Part shown: positions 28,014-30,951 of the stretch, in pieces
Layout: every line of letters starts with the position of its first letter
How positions within the stretch are numbered: position 1 is the first letter of the stretch
Source: Candidatus Methylomirabilota bacterium
Lineage (GTDB): Bacteria > Methylomirabilota > Methylomirabilia > Rokubacteriales > CSP1-6
DNA: 30,951 nucleotides
Reading direction: 5' to 3'
Assembly (NCBI GenBank): GCA_046726415.1
Contig: JBKPAK010000263.1
Span: forward strand, 1 to 30,951
Made by a program: the position numbers and the translations under genes
The notes under the pieces: model-generated
Seen by the model: only the letters and a program-made list of their open reading frames with translations
What the model was told of the DNA's origin: nothing
The model's database searches: none

Positions 28014-29162
28014 CTAGACCCGCGCCAGGGCTAAGACCCGCGCGAGCACGCGATCAGAATCGAGATGGTCGCGCGCGAACTCCCGCGCGGCTGCCGCATG
28101 CCTCACATAGTCGCGCTGCACAGCTTCGAGGCACTGCGCCGCGGTCTCGACATCCCCATAGGTCAGCAGACCGACTCCCACGGGGACGTGCCTACCGAGG
28201 CCCGTGTCCTCCATCACCACCGGGCGGCCCGCTGCCAGGTAGCAACCACTGCGGTCGCTGAACCAACCACTCTTCGCGAGCGAACATATTGGCCTCACCG
28301 GGGAGAACTCCCCCCGCGATTGCTGGATGTAGCGACGATACGAATCCGGATCTTTGGCCCATTCCAAGGGAGAAGCAAGACGCCAACCGTTTGCCCGCAG
28401 AATGGGGAGATCGGGATCGGCGTCGGCGATCGACAAGCACACTTCGATTGGCATCGAGACGCGGCGCGGCAGATCCATCACGGCCTTGAACGCCTCGGAC
28501 TTCTGCGCGTACCACACGCCTTGCCACTCGAGCCAACCATAGTCTCGCCAATTCGCGACGGTCGTGAAGGCTGGTCCTGGCGGCTCGCTGGTCGCCCACT
28601 CCGACAGCACGATCGGCCACAGCGTCTTTTCCCAGGGAATTCCGCACGTCGGCAGCGGACAGTCTGGCTCGCCGAGGTTCAGGCCGACAGTCAGGTAGAG
28701 GTCGTGACCACGCAGACGCATGTCGACCCCATATCTCTCCTGCCAGATCTGGGTTTGGCCCGGGTCCAGGTCTAGGTACACGCTGCGGCGAACGCGACCG
28801 AGAACCGCGGTGTAGCCGCCGAACTGGTTGAGAAAGAGATCGACGTCGGCTGCGACCTTTTCGATGTCCTCACGCGACAGGCCAATGTGGGCTCGGCTAT
28901 CTGCTTCGAGCAACGCGGCTCGGTCACCTAGGTCGAAGCGCTCCATGATCTGGCGAAAGTGGTGCGCGTTCGCGCTTTCCATGAAGGGGGCCGGCTTCAA
29001 GGTTTCGTCCATGCATTCGTCGGCTCGGCACTCCTCGACGTAATAGACGTCGAGTCCGAGACGTCGGAAGCCGATGAGCCACTGAAGGAACGCCCATGTG
29101 TTGCCGCCATATCCGACGGGGTGGCCGGCGATAGAACCGGAAAAGAGGATGCGCTTGGGCAT
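28014..29162 (-). CDS. Uncharacterised GT-B-like protein, paralogue P4
   Basis: 382 aa; GNTWAFLQW..GFRRLG, LDLDPGQTQ, TVGLN, FTTVANWR, DLPRR, SRGEFSPVR, SGWFSDRSGCYLAAGRPVVMEDTG. Confidence 0.75.
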   Translation of the reverse strand: MPKRILFSGSIAGHPVGYGGNTWAFLQWLIGFRRLGLDVYYVEECRADECMDETLKPAPFMESANAHHFRQIMERFDLGDRAALLEADSRAHIGLSREDIEKVAADVDLFLNQFGGYTAVLGRVRRSVYLDLDPGQTQIWQERYGVDMRLRGHDLYLTVGLNLGEPDCPLPTCGIPWEKTLWPIVLSEWATSEPPGPAFTTVANWRDYGWLEWQGVWYAQKSEAFKAVMDLPRRVSMPIEVCLSIADADPDLPILRANGWRLASPLEWAKDPDSYRRYIQQSRGEFSPVRPICSLAKSGWFSDRSGCYLAAGRPVVMEDTGLGRHVPVGVGLLTYGDVETAAQCLEAVQRDYVRHAAAAREFARDHLDSDRVLARVLALARV

Positions 29163-29187
29163 GGGTGCGCCTCAGGCCGACGTGCCA

Positions 29188-29380
29188 GCAGCTATGCCTT
29201 GTTGAACCGGGTCCGCGGGATGTCCGGGGCGAAGCATGTGCCAACGATCGCCATCACTGGGCTCAACGCGGACGAGGAGCGCGATAGTGTGCGCGCTGCG
29301 CCGGGTCTAGGGGCCGTACACGCAGCGACTGGACCTGGCGCTGCCGTGCCGAATGATCCGTGATCTCACGGGCGGGCATG
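29188..29380 (+). pseudogene. C-terminal relic of a response-regulator receiver domain
   Basis: SYALLNRVRGMSGAKHVPTIAITGLNADEERDSVRAA, then frameshifted YTQRLDLALPCRMIRDLTGG; compare GYELLRxVR...VPAIALTG...DRERAxAAGF...KPxDxxxL. Confidence 0.68.
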
Positions 29381-29496
29381 AAGAAGCCGACGCTGGAAGG
29401 CGTGGCCTTTCAGGCCACTCACCCGGATACCGGCACGCGCCTGACCGCGTAGGAGCCAGCCTCCCTCAGCCGTGACATTTCGCTGGTCCCTCCGAG

Positions 29497-29516
29497 TATA
29501 GACTTTAAAGTCAATA
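29497..29516. promoter_or_regulatory. AT-rich palindrome, candidate operator
   Basis: TATAGACTTTAAAGTCAATA: perfect 12-bp core GACTTTAAAGTC, 18/20 dyad symmetry, in otherwise GC-rich DNA. Confidence 0.5.
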
Positions 29517-30156
29517 TGTTAGGGCCCGAACTAGGACGGGGGCCTCAACTAGCTAGGTCGTGGCTCGGTCCGGCTCGTTCTGACACAGGGGCATTGCCAT
29601 ACGTGATCGCCGCCGCGGGCTGTTCGCCATGGAACCGTCGCAATGATATCATTAGGCTCTCGCGAAGGGACTTCCTAAGATCGGTGGGTGATGTCCAGGA
29701 CCGAGTGTGACGGGTAGTGGTGGCCGTACCTCTGGGTGATTGCCAGCAGGCCGGCGGGGCCTGGCACATCTTGGATCTCTTCCACGTCATGAACCGCCTG
29801 CTGCGCCAGGACTTCCCGCGCGAGGTCCTTCTAGGGCCAGTGGTGCGCCCACACGATGCTCGCGTAGATCCCGCCCATGCAGCAGGGTTCCCCGAATGCT
29901 TCGCCGGCATCGGCCTGCTGTTGCGCCACTGGTTCCGGGCTCACGGTACCTTCTCGGACGGCGCGGGCCAAGGCTTTCGTGACCAAGCGAGACTGACCCT
30001 GCGTCCACCCTTCGCATTTCGGCCCTACCCTGCGCTCAAACCCGCACTCGATCACACCTTTAACCATCTCCACGAACCTCGACCGACCTCTGAATACTAT
30101 GACGAGCCCTCGAAGGGGGAACCGGGAGAATCTGGGCCCGTTCGGCGGGTGCGGAC

Positions 30157-30951
30157 ATGATTCCTCGCACTCGCGCGGAAGATCCAGCCGCAACTCGCTT
30201 GGGCCGGCTGCTCCCCCAGGCCTGGGCCATGGTCCGCCCGTACTGGCTCTCGGAGGACCGCTGGGCGGCCCGGGGCTTGCTCCTGGTCGTGGTCGCCCTC
30301 ACGCTCGCGATGGTCTACGTCAATGTTCTCTTCAATCAGTGGAATAGTTCGTTCTTCAATGCCTTGCAGGATCGGAACCAAGCCGCCTTCCTCCACGAGC
30401 TGATCCACGTCGCCTGGCTCATAGGCCTCTTCATCCTCTTCGCCGTCTACCAGGTCTATCTCCGCCAGATGCTCGAGATCCGCTGGCGGCGCTGGCTTAC
30501 TGAGCATTACCTCCGCGCCTGGCTGGCCGATGGCGCCTACTATCGAATGCAGCTCGTGGCACATGAGACGGACAATCCCGATCAGCGCATCGCCGAGGAC
30601 GTTCAGCTCCTCGTTACCCACACCCTCGCGCTCTTCACCGGCGGCCTGCGTGCGGTGCTCACGTTGGCCACCTTTGTCGCAATCCTCTGGGGGCTCTCCG
30701 GAACCATGAGCGTCTCCCTTGGCACGTTCACGATGACCCTGCCCGGCTACATGGTATGGATCGCCATCTTGTACGCGATCGCCGGCACGTGGCTCACGGA
30801 CTGGATCGGTCGTCCGCTCGTACGGCTGAACTTCGACCGGCAGCGGTATGAAGCCGACTTCCGGTTCGGCCTCGTCCGCTTCCGCGAGAATAGCGAGAGC
30901 GTGGCGCTCTACCGCGGCGAGGCGGACGAGCACCGTGGTTTCCGCGAGCAG
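30157..30951 (+). CDS. YddA-like (ABCD/SbmA-BacA-related) ABC transporter fused permease/ATPase; 3' end outside window
   Basis: Manual translation from ATG 30157: PYWLSEDRWAARGLL, VLFNQWNSSFFNALQ, LEIRWRRWLT, DNPDQRIAED, ILWGLSG, RQRYEADFRFGLVRFRENSESVALYRGE. Confidence 0.92.
   Translation, partial: MIPRTRAEDPAATRLGRLLPQAWAMVRPYWLSEDRWAARGLLLVVVALTLAMVYVNVLFNQWNSSFFNALQDRNQAAFLHELIHVAWLIGLFILFAVYQVYLRQMLEIRWRRWLTEHYLRAWLADGAYYRMQLVAHETDNPDQRIAEDVQLLVTHTLALFTGGLRAVLTLATFVAILWGLSGTMSVSLGTFTMTLPGYMVWIAILYAIAGTWLTDWIGRPLVRLNFDRQRYEADFRFGLVRFRENSESVALYRGEADEHRGFREQ

Overview
GC-rich bacterial DNA. Gene content and intergenic GC hairpin repeats are reminiscent of Ca. Rokubacteria/Methylomirabilota, but that is inference only. 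The left ~12.3 kb is housekeeping or metabolic: pyk (cut by the window edge), uvrA, a diverged small+large membrane-protein pair, a PIG-L deacetylase, YbaK/EbsC, a FAAL-like acyl-adenylate ligase, transaldolase, a cyclophilin-like protein, a PfkB kinase and a BadH-like SDR, with REP-like repeats between genes. From ~12.3 to ~30.1 kb lies an accessory surface-glycan or modification region in two parts. (i) A 3-gene cassette (GT2-GtrA fusion, GT-C membrane transferase, membrane SAM/spermidine-synthase-like protein) sits between the N- and C-terminal relics of an acyl-CoA dehydrogenase; an 18-bp promoter-like direct repeat precedes each relic. (ii) A cluster holds four intact paralogues, in two subtypes, plus one relic of an uncharacterised ~385-aa GT-B-like family, three SAM methyltransferases, a YdjC/ChbG deacetylase, an SGNH/AlgX-like protein and several pseudogene fragments (carbamoyltransferase, receiver domain). 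The window ends in a YddA-like ABC transporter. No rRNA, tRNA, CRISPR array, integrase or transposase was recognised. All family assignments come from motif recognition by eye, not database searches.
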